A stretch of 64,000 nt of DNA from Malacoraja senta (taxonomy: Eukaryota), in assembly GCA_038087875.1 (NCBI GenBank), contig CM075995.1, positions 6,326,001-6,390,000 on the forward strand, given 5' to 3'. The stretch's first letter is position 1, and each line of letters begins with the position of its first letter. The notes under the pieces were generated by a model. It saw only the letters and a program-made list of their open reading frames with translations, did not search any database and was not told the DNA's origin. The position numbers and the translations under genes were made by a program. Positions 38,840-49,949 of this stretch are shown piece by piece.

Positions 38840-40307
38840 ATATATTTTACTAAAAGTCTGATCTTGACCACTTCCTGTTGTTCTGTATATTGATTTTAGA
38901 AAAAATGCTGCCACTTACGGCTGTGATTTTTTGGCCATCTTACTCAGAGTCCCCCTCCGCTGCGCAGGACAATAGGATTTTTCCCATCAATGAAAAATAA
39001 GAGTTATTAGTGTTTAAAAAATGTTAAGATTCTCTCTCCTGAAGGCCACGCCCCTTCCGGAGGGACTATAAAACCCGGAAGTGTTGAGTGCCTCAGTCAG
39101 TCTCTGCAAGATGGGGGAGCGAGAGGGTCACGTCACGTCACGTCACGTCACGTCACGTCACGTCACGTCACGTCACGTCACGTCACGTCACGTCACGTCA
39201 CGTCACGTCACGTCACGTCACGTCACGTCACGTCACGTCACGTCACGTCACGTCACGTCACGTCACGTCACGTCACGTCACGTCACGTCACGTCACGTCT
39301 CTGAGTCTGAGCTGTGAATAACACTCAACACATGTCTACTAAACTGTGAGTGTTTTTACTGACCCTTAATGTGGTTTGAAAATATAGTTTGGAAATGCTA
39401 AAGCTGTGTTGCCTTTGGTTTGGAAATGGTAAAGCTGTGTTGCCTTTGGTTTGGAAATGCTAAAGCTGAGTTGCCTAATTAAAGTTGCCTTGCCTAATTA
39501 AAGTTGCCTTGGCTTCTATATAATTAAAAGTCTAATCTTGACCACTTCCTGTTTGCGCTTTATATTGACTTTAGACAAAATGCTACCACGTACGGCTGTG
39601 ATTTTTGGCCATCTTACTCGGAGTCCCCCTCCGCTCATCAGGTGCAAAGGAATTTTCCCATCGATGAAAAATAAAAGAGTTATCAGTGTTTTAAAAATGT
39701 TGAGATTCTCTCTTCTGTCAATCAGTGCCATGAAGGCCACGCCTGTTCTGGTGGGAGAGGGGGAGGGACTATAAAACCCAGAAGTGTGGGTGTGGCTCAG
39801 TCTCTGCAAGATGGAGGAGGGAGAGGTCATGACTCGCTGTCTTTAGTGGCCTTGCACCCTGCTTGAAATGGTATGAAACTGCACTTGAATTTGGTGGTAC
39901 ACAAAAATGCTGGAGAAACTCAGCGGGTGCAGCCTTGCACCCTGCTTGAAGTGGTAAGGAACTGCACTTGAATTTGGTGGACTTGCACCCTGCTTGAAAT
40001 GGCATTTCAAGGAATAGCCGTGAGTCAACTGCCAGCCCACCAGCTGTGAGCGAGTGAGCTGCCAGCACAACAGGCTTGAGTGACTGAGCCGCCAGCCCAA
40101 GAATCCACTCGGCGCACAATGTCCATACTAGCCCTCTGGAAACCAGTCCCTTCAGCCCACAACAGCTATACTAGCGCTCTAGAAAGCCCCCCCCCCCCCC
40201 CCCCCCCCCCACTGGCCACCAATATTGGAATTGGTGGAAAGATGGAATATTGCGTTGGGGACCGGCCCTCCTGTGTGATGCTGGGACCCAACGGGTCCCA
40301 CAGTCTA

Positions 40308-40308
<1 letters not shown>
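38840..40308 (+). mobile_element. Composite non-autonomous Helitron (two 5' ends, one 3' end)
   Basis: 5' modules at ~38840 and 39515 (TCTATATAATTAAAAGTC); 3' hairpin tgggacccaacgggtccca followed by CTAG|T at 40305-40309. Confidence 0.8.
39127..39299. repeat. Perfect (GTCAC)n pentanucleotide array, ~34 units
   Basis: Direct inspection. Confidence 0.98.

Positions 40309-40310
<2 letters not shown>

Positions 40311-40387
<77 letters not shown>
40311..40387. repeat. (TA)n microsatellite
   Basis: Direct inspection. Confidence 0.98.
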
Positions 40388-40388
<1 letters not shown>

Positions 40389-41207
40389 GAATTTCATTGT
40401 TGTATCTGGGACATGTGACAATAAAACACTTGTCTCTTGACTATTAAATTGAGTACAACCTCCAAATAAGCTCTGAACTACTGTACATAGACCCTGGGGG
40501 CATTGTTTTTGATTTTGCACTCGTATTGTTGGTTTGTATTTTATAGACTGAACTTTTTTGTTGTTTATTTTGGTGTTGACAGTGTACTATTTTAAAAATA
40601 TCAGTTGTGCTGCTGCAAGTAAGAATTTAATTGTTCCGTATTGGGACGAATTACAATAAAACTCTCCTGGCACATGGTCAATTACTTTCCTGGTTTTAGT
40701 TTAGTTTGTTATTGTCACATGTACCGAGGTAGAGTGAAAAGCTTTTTTGTTGCATGCAGAATCAACCGTTTACAATCAACCATCCACAGTGTACAGATAC
40801 AGGATAAAAGGGTAAGTCATTTAGTGCAAGATTAAAGTCTGGTAAAGTCTGATTAAAGATAGCTTAAAGGTCTCCAATGAGGTAGATGGGAGGTCAGGAC
40901 CGCTCTCTAGCTGGTGAGAGGACGGTTCAGTTGCCTGATAACAGCTGGGAGTCCTTGAATCTGCAATTTGCACACTTCTGCACCTCTTGCCTGATGGAGA
41001 GGGGAGTAGAGGGAGTGACCGGGGTGAGACTGGTCCTTGATTCTGCTGGAAAAATTATTCACTGTACCTCGGTACATGTGACAATAATAAACTAAGCTGA
41101 ACAAATTCCTAATATTCTGTAAAGCAGCAATTTTTGCTTTTCTTCATCATAGTTCTCACTGCCAACAGTTGTCAATCAAATCTTTTTTATATCTTAGTTA
41201 CATCTTG

Positions 41208-41497
41208 GGGGACATGGTAGTGTGGTAGAGTTGCTGCATCACATCGCCAGAGACCCGGGTTCGATCCTGACTGGGTGCTGTCTGTACAGAGTTTGTACCT
41301 TCTCCCCGTGACCACGTGGGTTTTCTCCTGGTGCTCTGGTTTCATCCACACGCCAAAGAAATACAGGTTTGTAAGTCAATTGGTTTCGGTAAAATTGTAA
41401 ATTGCCTCCAGAATGTAGGATAGTGCTAGTGTACTGGTCGGCACGGACCTGGTGGGCTGAAGGGCCTATTTCGGCGTTGTATCTCCCAAGTCTAAAG
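41208..41497 (+). mobile_element. V-SINE (HE1-like)
   Basis: ggttcgatcc B-box, V core, tail. Confidence 0.85.
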
Positions 41498-41919
41498 TTT
41501 TGTGAACTGCTGTTAGTTTATTAGAGATACAGTGTGGAACCCAGGTATAAGTGTCTAAAGCTAAATTTCTAAGAATGCATGCTGGCAGATATTTAAAAAT
41601 TAATATTCCACTGTCATTCTCTACACATCCATTCACCACTTACATTGTAGTTACAATTTGTGACTCATTTATCGTACTCTAAATATTTTATCCATAAATT
41701 TAGAACTATAAAACAGAACATTCACGTTGACGTTCGTAGTACAAGACATATTGTTCCATTTGCGACCAAGATTTACATTATGTCATTGTACTGTAAAATA
41801 ATCTTAGTTGTACAGCATGGAAACAGGCCCTTCGGCCCAGCTTGTCAATGCCAACCTAGATGCTCCATCTACACTAGTTCCATTTGCCTACTTTTGGCCC
41901 ATATCCTTCTAAACCTTGG

Positions 41920-42290
41920 ATACAAGGAACTGCAGATACTGGTTTACTAAGAATATTTACAAAGTGCTGGAGTAACTCGATGGGTCAGGCAGCATCTCTG
42001 GAGAACATGGATAGATGACTTATTCGAGTCTGAAGAAGGGTTCCCAATCGAAACATCACCCATCCACGTTCTTCAGACCCGCTGCCTGACCCGCTGAGAT
42101 ACTCCAGCACTCTGTGAAACTTCACCCAGTAACTCAGCCTGACCCGCTGAGTTACTCCAGCACTGTGAAATGTCACCCATCCACGTTCTCCAGAGATGCT
42201 GCCTGACCCGTTGAGATACTCCAGCACTCTGTGAAACTTCACCCATCCATGTTCTCCAGAGATGCTGCCTGACCCGCTGAGTTACTGATA
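41920..42290. mobile_element. Penelope-type hammerhead element with tandemly reiterated arm
   Basis: ctgaagaagggttcccaatcgaaacatc at ~42030-42057 followed by four ~50-66-bp units. Confidence 0.7.
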
Positions 42291-42419
42291 ACTTCGAGTC
42301 TTTTCTTTGAAACCTTTCCCATACATGGACATATTCAAATGTTTTTTAAATATTGTTATAGTACCTGACTAAACTACCTTCTCTGGCAGCTTGTTCCATA
42401 CACCCACCACCCTCTATGT

Positions 42420-43712
42420 GAGATGATGAGGGAAGGAGAGAGAGAGTGTGAGTGAGAGGGTGTGAGAAAGAGTGACTGACTGAGGTAGGAGGAAGATAGA
42501 AAAGGATGAGTGAGTGACAGAGGTGTGGGAAAGAGGATGAGAGGGAGTGAGTGAGGGTGTGAGCGAGAGAATGAGTGTGAGTGAGTGAGAGAGTGGGTTG
42601 GGTGAGCGAGTGAGTGTGAGATAAAAGAATGTGAGTGAGAGGAAGTGTGTGAGAAAGTGAATGTGAGGGTGTGTGTGAATGAAAGGCAATGATGGGTCTG
42701 GGGATGAGTGAGTGTGTGTGTCTGAGTGTGTGAGTGGATGAGGGAGATAGTGGGTGAGTGAGTGTGTGTCTGAGTGTGAGTGGATGAGGGAGATAGTGAG
42801 TGAGTGTGGGTGAGTGAGTGATAGTGTGTGAGTTAGAGAGTGTGTGAGATAAAGTATGTGAGAGGGTGTAAGAGTGATTAAGAGTGTGTGTGAGGGTGAA
42901 TGAGTGAGTGGGAGGGAGAGAGTCAGAGGGATGAAGAGAGATAGTGTGAGAGGGAGGTAGGGAGAGGGGGTGAGTGAGAGGAAAGAGGGGAGAGGGAGGG
43001 AGTGAGTGAGTTTGCGAGAGGGAGGGAGTGAGAGAGAAGTCTGTGAGAGGAGAGGGTGAGGTGGAAAGAAGGAGGGAGGCAGAGGTAATGAGAGGGAAGG
43101 AGTGAGTGAGTGACAGTGAGTGAGAGAGCGGGGGGAGAGGAAGAGGGGGAGAGGGAAGGAGAGAGAGGTGGGGGAGGAGAGAGTGAGGAGGAGAGGAGAA
43201 AGGAGAGGAGAAGGAGGAGAGAGGGAGAGAGAGGGAGAGAGAGGGAGAGGAGTGTGTCAGAGGGTGAGAAGGAGAGGGGAGAGGGAGGAGGAGGAGAGGA
43301 GAAGTGAGGGAGAGATAGGAGAGGAGAGAGGAGTGTGTATGAGAGGGCGAGAAGGAGAGAGGAGAGGGGGGAGAGAAATGAGAGGAGGAGAGAGGGAAGT
43401 GAGAGGGATGTGAGTAAGAGGGAGGAGAGAGGGGGAGGAGAGAGGGAAGTGAGGGAGAGAAAGGAGAGAGAAGAGGGAAGTGAGAGGGAGAAAAGATGAG
43501 GAGAGGTGAGGAGGGCGAGAGGGAGAGGGGAGAGGGGAGAGGGGGAGAGAAGAGAGAGGAGAGGAGGAGAGAGGGAAGTGAGTAAGAGGGAGGAGAGGGG
43601 AGGAGGAGAGAGGGAAGTGTGAGGAGAGAAAGGAGAGTAGAGGGAGGGAGGGGTGAATGGAGGGCGAGTGAGTGAGGGAGACAGTGAGAGAGCAGGAGAG
43701 TGAGTGGGTGAG
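42420..43712. repeat. 1.3-kb GT/GA-rich low-complexity tract upstream of the promoter
   Basis: Almost C-free on the plus strand. Confidence 0.95.
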
Positions 43713-43990
43713 TACCAGCTGCGGTTCAGGCGTTCCCCGGCAGAGGCAGTGTGGAGCCTGCGTGGCGCCGGGAGCGTCCTCGCGTGGCCATTTAAAGCGC
43801 GAGGGATGTGCTTGGAGCGAGTGTGAGCGAGCGAGCGAGCGAGTCAGCGAGAGAGAGAGAGCGCGAGCCGCTGCCGCCCGCCCGCCCGCCCGCCCGCCAG
43901 CCCGGCTAACCGGCGTGTGTGTGTGTGTGTGTGTGAATGTGGGAGACTCGGGCTGCTCTGCACTCTCAACGTGACCACATTATTTTGCCC
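43713..43990 (+). promoter_or_regulatory. CpG-rich promoter/TSS region of the JARID2-like gene
   Basis: Non-TE CpG-rich patch with TATA-like catttaaag, (GAGC)n and (GCCC)n, 0.6-0.85 kb upstream of the start codon; TSS not determinable. Confidence 0.6.
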
Positions 43991-43991
43991 C

Positions 43992-43992
<1 letters not shown>

Positions 43993-44048
<56 letters not shown>
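43993..44048. repeat. (CT)n microsatellite
   Basis: Direct inspection. Confidence 0.97.
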
Positions 44049-44052
<4 letters not shown>

Positions 44053-44515
44053 CCCCCTTCCCCTCCAATGCTTTATGCTTCTGATTCAAGATGTAACTAC
44101 AAATTTGTCCTTCATTGTTAAATTTAACTTGGGTCTAAATTTCTGTTCTCTGCTGAGGGGAGGGAAAGGTTATTTTTAATTTCTTTTTTTTTTTACCTCT
44201 CCCTTTTTCCAGTCACTGACTCGACGAGCTTTTTTTGTTTTGTTTTTTTCTTTGAAGGGGAGAGAGGGGAGGGGAAGAAGAGTTCTTTTGGGGGGTTTTT
44301 TCTGGAAGGAAAAAAAATTGAATTATTTATTTATTCTCTCTTTTCCTTCCCATCCCCAACTTCGGATTTTAATCTTTCTCTCTCTCTCACACACACACAC
44401 ACAAACACAACAACAACACAAAAAAGAGAGGAGGCAGCAAGGAGAGAAAGAGGGCGAGCTTTGTAAATACAGGGTTTCTTTTTTTAATCATCCCACCTCG
44501 AGGAGATTTGATTTA

Positions 44516-44563
44516 ATGTGGAATTTTCTCCTCTTCGCAAAGAAAATTGGAACAACAGAATGA
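44516..44563 (+). promoter_or_regulatory. Upstream ORF (MWNFLLFAKKIGTTE*) whose stop overlaps the main ATG (AUGA)
   Basis: ATG 44516-18, TGA 44561-63, main ATG 44560-62. Confidence 0.6.
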
Positions 44564-44604
44564 CCAGAGAAAGACCCAAGAGGAATATAATTCACAAAAG
44601 ATTA
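44560..44604 (+). CDS. JARID2: First coding exon of a JARID2 (Jumonji)-like gene
   Basis: MTRERPKRNIIHKRL followed by a perfect GTAAGT donor (phase 0). This matches the 15-codon JARID2 exon 1 (human MSKERPKRNIIQKKY, from memory). Ortholog versus paralog unresolved; exon 2 not in window. Confidence 0.85.
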
Positions 44605-46124
44605 GTAAGTGGCTTCAGAACTTGTTTCTTGTTCGAATGGTGTTTTAAATGTTTAAATCCCGAGGAGCTTTCGAGGGGCTGGTTTGGCTGTAACATATGT
44701 GTGGTTTAAAAAAATAAATAAAACGCAAGGCTTTCCTTTTTTTTGTCGCTTTTGTCATGGTTTTTTGAGGGAAAAGCTGTTTAATCCTACCTGGTTTGTG
44801 ATTATTATATCATTATTTGTTCCTTCTCCCTTAATTTTGTAGACACAATGATTTCCTTTCATGGGTTTGTCTGAATTTGAACACCTACACACAAAAAAAA
44901 AACCCTTTCCCTTTGGTTTTGGCTGCTCGGAAAGAGAGGATGTTTGGTTTTATATATATTTGTGGGTATATATATATATTTTGGTTGCATTGGATCGAGT
45001 TATTTAATGGTTTGAGCCGGCCTCTTGTGTTGCAAAGCTTCCTTGTGTGAAGGGGAAGAGGAGAGAGGGGGGGGGGGGGGAGTGCAATCAATCCCCTCTA
45101 CACGAATACTTGCCACTGACTACTAATTTTTTTTCGGCAGCCCGTCTAGCATTCCCCTTTTCCTAATTATTTTTTAATTCCTCCCCTCCCTTTAGCATTG
45201 TTTTTGGCTCCCCATTTTGGATCTTTCCACCGCCGCCGGTCGCTTCTGCTCGCGTTAATAATGGCAACCTGCATCGTCTTGTTGTTGAACTCTTATGCCT
45301 GAGCAGGTTTCTTCTCTCCCTCTCCCTCTTTCCCAAGCAGCTGGGCAGTTTTTTTTTACCCCCATCGTTTTCCCTCCACGCAATCCCCAATTTAATGCAG
45401 GCTTTTGTGCAAGTTGCCATTTTATTTCAGACGAGTTTTTTTTGTTTTGTTGTGTGTGTGTGTTTTTGGTGATTGCCACATGGTCACGCTGTAATCTGGT
45501 TGCAATGTTTGCATTTCATCCCCCCCCCCCCCACTCTTTCTCTCCCCCCCCTTTCCAAAACCTTTTCTTCAAAGAAAAGGTTACTGTCTGCAGTTGGCGG
45601 ATGTGGACGTGAATTATTCAGGGCCTGTAGGTAAATGGGGGAGATTGCAGTAGTTTAAAAGGCTTGAATTGCAGTTTGGTTTACAAAAAAGGGTCTAGGT
45701 TTCTCATGGGTGCTCGCAGTATTTTTTTTGGAGGAGAGGAGGTCTCTTGACTCGATTAAATAAATGATCACATTCGCTACAGATGATGATGGCACTTTAT
45801 TGTCTGACTTAACTCGGTTGCATGTAATGACTTCGATTGGGACCACAATGTTCCTAACCCCCTACCAACCTTGCCAAAGGAAAACTATTCTCTTCCCTCT
45901 CCCTAAATCACCCTGGGAGAGGTTTTTATTGTCCCATCTCCATAACTTGTCAAAATTGCTGATTGCATAGAAAGCAATCCATGTGCCACACGGAAACAAA
46001 CGACTTGCAAAAAATTTTTTTTTAAGACCAAACCGGGTGCATTTTAAAAGGAACATCTGACGCATTGCAGGGTTTGCTAAAAGTTTAAATGCCTATAAAT
46101 CCCCTACAAGGCAATATAGGTTGC

Positions 46125-47530
46125 TTGCATTTAATCCGTGGCAATTGCTTTAAAGAAGAGGCCTTGCAGGGGAGGAGTGGGGGGGAGGAAAGCGTACAAG
46201 GCAATAGGCTGCGTTTAGCTTGCGTTTAATCTCTTTGCAATTGCAATAAAGGAGAAGCCTTGAAGTTTTGAATGTGGTGCGAGTGCATGATTTTTTTTTC
46301 GCAAAAAGAAAAGCAAATCGGCACAAAGTTGGGGTGTCTTTGCAAAGGACCTGATCGCCTTGCTTTTTTCCTTCCCTTCCCTCTTATCTCCTCTCTCATG
46401 GTCATAGACCCTCTGCCTGGTTGCGCTGCGGGATGGCCGAGGCTGCCGCGGGCCCTTTTGCAACAAGTCGGCGCGAGGGGAAGAGGGGCTTACATTTTTT
46501 TTAAATTCTTGCATTTAATCTTTTTGCGATTGATGTGAAAAAGAAACCTTGTCACTAAACGAAAGGGGGGTTGAATTTGTTCGCTGTATGTTGCTGGGTG
46601 CATGTTTTTTTTTACAAAAAAAACAAATTGGCAGAAAGTTGGGTGTCTGCAATCGACATTATTTCCCCTCTCATCACCCTTGTGCCTGGATGCACTCATG
46701 CAGCGGGCCCTTTTGTAACAAGTCGACGCGAAGGGGGGGGGGGGGGGTCTCGCAGTTTTTGCATGTATTTTTTTATTGCTTGCATTTAATCCTTTGCAAT
46801 TTCTTTTAAGAAGAAAACTTGCAGCAAAGCGAAAGGGGAGAAGTTTTGAATATGGTGTTGGTGCATGATGTTTATTGCAAAACAAAGCAAATTGGCAGAC
46901 AAGTTGGTGCGTCTTTGCAATGGACCTGGTCGCCTTCTTTCCTTCCCTGTATCTGTTCCCTTTTCCCCAGCTTGCACCCGGCTCAAGGGGTTTGCATTTT
47001 TTTGCTTGCATCAAATCCTTTGCAAATAGACACAAAGTTGGAGTAATTTAGCGGGTCAGGCAGCATCTCTGGAGAGAAATTGGTGGCGTTTCGGGTTGAG
47101 ACCAGTTTTAATCCTTTGCAAAATGCTTTGGAGAAGAAACCTTGCAACAAAACGAAAGGGGATAAGTTTTGAATAAATTGCTGGTGCATGGTCTTTTTGG
47201 CAAATTGGCAGAAAACTTCTTGTCTTTCAAATGGACCTGGTGGCATTGCTTCCTTCCCTGTGTCTCCTCTCCTTGCCCCTAGCGCCTGGTTGCACCCGGC
47301 TCGAGGGTTTGCATTTTTTGTGCTTGCATTTAATCCTTTGCATATGCTTTGAAGAAGAAACCTTGCAACAAAACGAAAGGGGGCTTTAATGGGTAAACGT
47401 TACTGGTGCATGGACGCCAAAAAAAAGCAAACCGGCAGAAAAGTTCGTGTCTTTGCAATGGACCTGGTGGCCTTTCTTCCTTCCCTGCATCTCCTCTCCT
47501 CGGTTGTTGCCCTGCGGGATGCAACAAGTC
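46125..47530. repeat. Degenerate tandem repeat, ~220-290-bp units, in intron 1
   Basis: Recurring gcatttaatcctttgcaa..aacgaaagggg..gtgcatg..ggcagaaagtt..gtctttgcaa.ggacctgg..cttccttccctg at ~46127 (partial), 46222, 46511, 46782, 47008/47107 and 47326. Confidence 0.8.
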
Positions 47531-47559
47531 GGCTTGAGTGGAGGGGGGGGGGAGGGGAG

Positions 47560-47890
47560 AGACCTATGGAACGTTGTGTCGGCCGCAACGTCACCGCGGG
47601 TCCGGAACCTTGGGACACGAGGAGGAGAGTCGGCCCCCGTGACGTCACAATGGAGGGGGGCGGGGCTCGGCCGGCGGCGCGGCTCCCACGTGACCGCATT
47701 TTTAATTCACAAAAAGATAAATGTGGCCCAGATATATTTGCAGACACTCGCCGCGTCCTTGCACCGTTGCAAGCCCCCCTCCCCCGCTTTATTTACCCCC
47801 CACTCCCGCTAAGATCTGCCAAGCGTGACAAATGTCAACCCTAAAGATTTATTATGCAAAAATAACGCCTGTGCATTCCCAGAGGTGATT
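47560..47890. promoter_or_regulatory. Intronic CpG-rich enhancer/alternative promoter candidate
   Basis: Palindromic CRE GTGACGTCAC (47639-48), GC box GGGGCGGGGC (~47657-66), E-box CACGTG (47687-92), octamer-like ATGCAAA nearby. Confidence 0.6.
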
Positions 47891-47939
47891 TGTTTTTTCT
47901 CCATGCAGAGAGATTCGCATGCATTCTTTTCACAATTTA

Positions 47940-48075
47940 TTGAAATGCAATGATATGAAATGCATTGCACTGACACGCATTGCAATGAATTGCATTGGAC
48001 TGAAATTCAATGAAATGCATTGCACTGCAGTGAAACGCAATGCACTGAAATACAATGAAGTGCAATGTACTGCAT
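47940..48075. repeat. Degenerate (ATGCA/TGAAA)n pentamer repeat
   Basis: Direct inspection. Confidence 0.8.
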
Positions 48076-48327
48076 GACTAGTGGGTTTTGGGGAGGTAAG
48101 GTGAAGCACTGCATCCAGTTATCGCTGCATTCCCTTTTTTGTTTGCATAATTCCATAATGAAGCAGTTGCATTAAGCTTGCAGGTGGAATGACTGCATTT
48201 GCAAGGTATAAGATTTTGGCCTGCATCGCTGCTACCTGATGCATGTCGCCTAGAATTGCCCCCTCAGACATGCTTATACCTTGATGTCTGAATATGAAAA
48301 AAAAATATTTATAAATTATACCTTTAT

Positions 48328-48425
48328 AGTCTGAAGAAGGGTCTCGACCTGGAACGTCACCCGTTCCTTCTCTCCAGAGATGCTGCCTGTCCCACTGAGT
48401 TACTCCAGCATTTTGTGTCTATCTT
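48328..48425 (+). mobile_element. Penelope-type hammerhead element (GAAA mutated)
   Basis: ctgaagaagggtctcgacctggaacgtcacc..ctccagagatgctgcc. Confidence 0.7.
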
Positions 48426-48609
48426 GTACCTTCTGCTGACCTCGATGCTTCGCTATGTTTCCCCCCTTTTTGCCTGCTAGAGAAATGTAAATTATTGTAA
48501 ATGTATATCCATGGTCTCTTCTACAATAGCAGTTTGTTTCCTTTTTGAAGGAATCAAGGCATGTAATTGGGTTTCCATGTTTGTTGATATGAACACGCAT
48601 GGAAGGGCA

Positions 48610-49428
48610 TGTTTAGAAAGAAGCAGCACTGAAAGAGGCCCTTCGGCCCATACGGTCCGTGCCGACCAGCGATTACCCCGTACACTAGCGCACACGCACA
48701 CGCACACACACCAAAGCAGATTAACCTTCAAACCTGTACGTCTTTGGAGTGTGGGAGGAAACTGGGGCACCCAGAGAAAACACAACAAGGTCACGGGGAG
48801 AAAGTACAAACCGTACCGACAGCACCCGTAGTCAGGATTGAACCCTGATCTTTGGCGCAGCAAGGTTGCAACTCTACCGCTCTGCCACCAGTGTTGTGAT
48901 CCGGACATTGTCATTCCGTAATAGGATATGGGAGGATTGAATGGTTGTATGTAAAACCTGTGAAATTGAGTTTTTTTTTAAAATGTCGAAGTGTGAGGTC
49001 ATGTTCTTTGGTAAGAGGAATCAAAAGCAGGGTTGTCTAAATGGAGGGAGAGAGAGACTGCAAATATATATTCTAGTGCATGTATTGCAACATGTTAAGT
49101 AGGTTCAATGAGTTGTTAGTGCAAATAAAGTTTTTAGTTTATAGATACTGTGCGGAAACGATCCCTTCGTCCCAACGAGTCCGTGCCCCCACCAATCCCC
49201 GTGCACTAACACTATCCTACACACACTAAGCACAATTTACAATATTTACCGGCCAATTAACCTACAAACCTGTACGTCTTGAGTGTGGGAGGAAACCGCA
49301 GACCCCGGAGAAAACCCACGTGGGTCACAGGGAGAACGTACAATCTCCGTACAGACATCGCCCATAGACAGGATCTAACCTGAGTTCCTGGCACTGTAAG
49401 GCTGCAACTCTACTGCTGCGTTGCTGTT
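48610..49428 (-). mobile_element. Two V-SINE copies (48610-48890, 49133-49428) flanking an old CR1 scrap
   Basis: Reverse-complement SINE consensus. Confidence 0.8.
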
Positions 49429-49949
49429 TCCCTATTGTTTTGTAAGCACAGTATAGGTTTGTAAACACAGTACTCAATATATAACATAATAATCAAACAA
49501 ACAAAGAAATTCGAACAATAAAATAACTCGATATCGTTCAAAACAAAACCAATCCTAAGAACGGGTTACAGAATCCTATATAAAAGAGATCTACTGGGTA
49601 AATGTTCAAGATACTGAGGGGAGCTGGGAAGAAGCTGAAATTAAACCTGGTGGTCGCGGTTTTTGGGTACCTGTACCTTCTCCCTAACATTAGCAGTGAA
49701 TAAGAACATGGACAGATTTGAATCTTTGACATTGGGTGCACATTTCAGTGGTGGGGAGGTAAGTACGTGTGATGGTCCAAGCAATGCTTTTGTTTAATTT
49801 AGACCGAGTGCGGAAAGGTCATGTGATAGGAGCAGGGTGTGAAGAAGGGTCTTTTTTTTCCCTCTTCCCCTGTTATGTACTATGTTTACGTATTTACATA
49901 TTCTGTTGTGCTGCAGCAAGTAAGAATTTCATTGTCCCATCCGGAACAC

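Noticed and set aside
39081..39321. (SRHVT)n ORFs, or a CRISPR-like array
   Set aside because: Pentanucleotide microsatellite with no spacers; eukaryotic context and no cas genes.
43110..44179. Glu/Arg/Gly-rich and Leu/Ser-rich ORFs near the promoter
   Set aside because: Translations of GA/CT low-complexity tracts.
45764..45970. DDDGTLL segment as JARID2 exon 2
   Set aside because: Wrong splice phase for exon 1 and lacks the expected PWSEERVVRKVLYLSLKEF motif.
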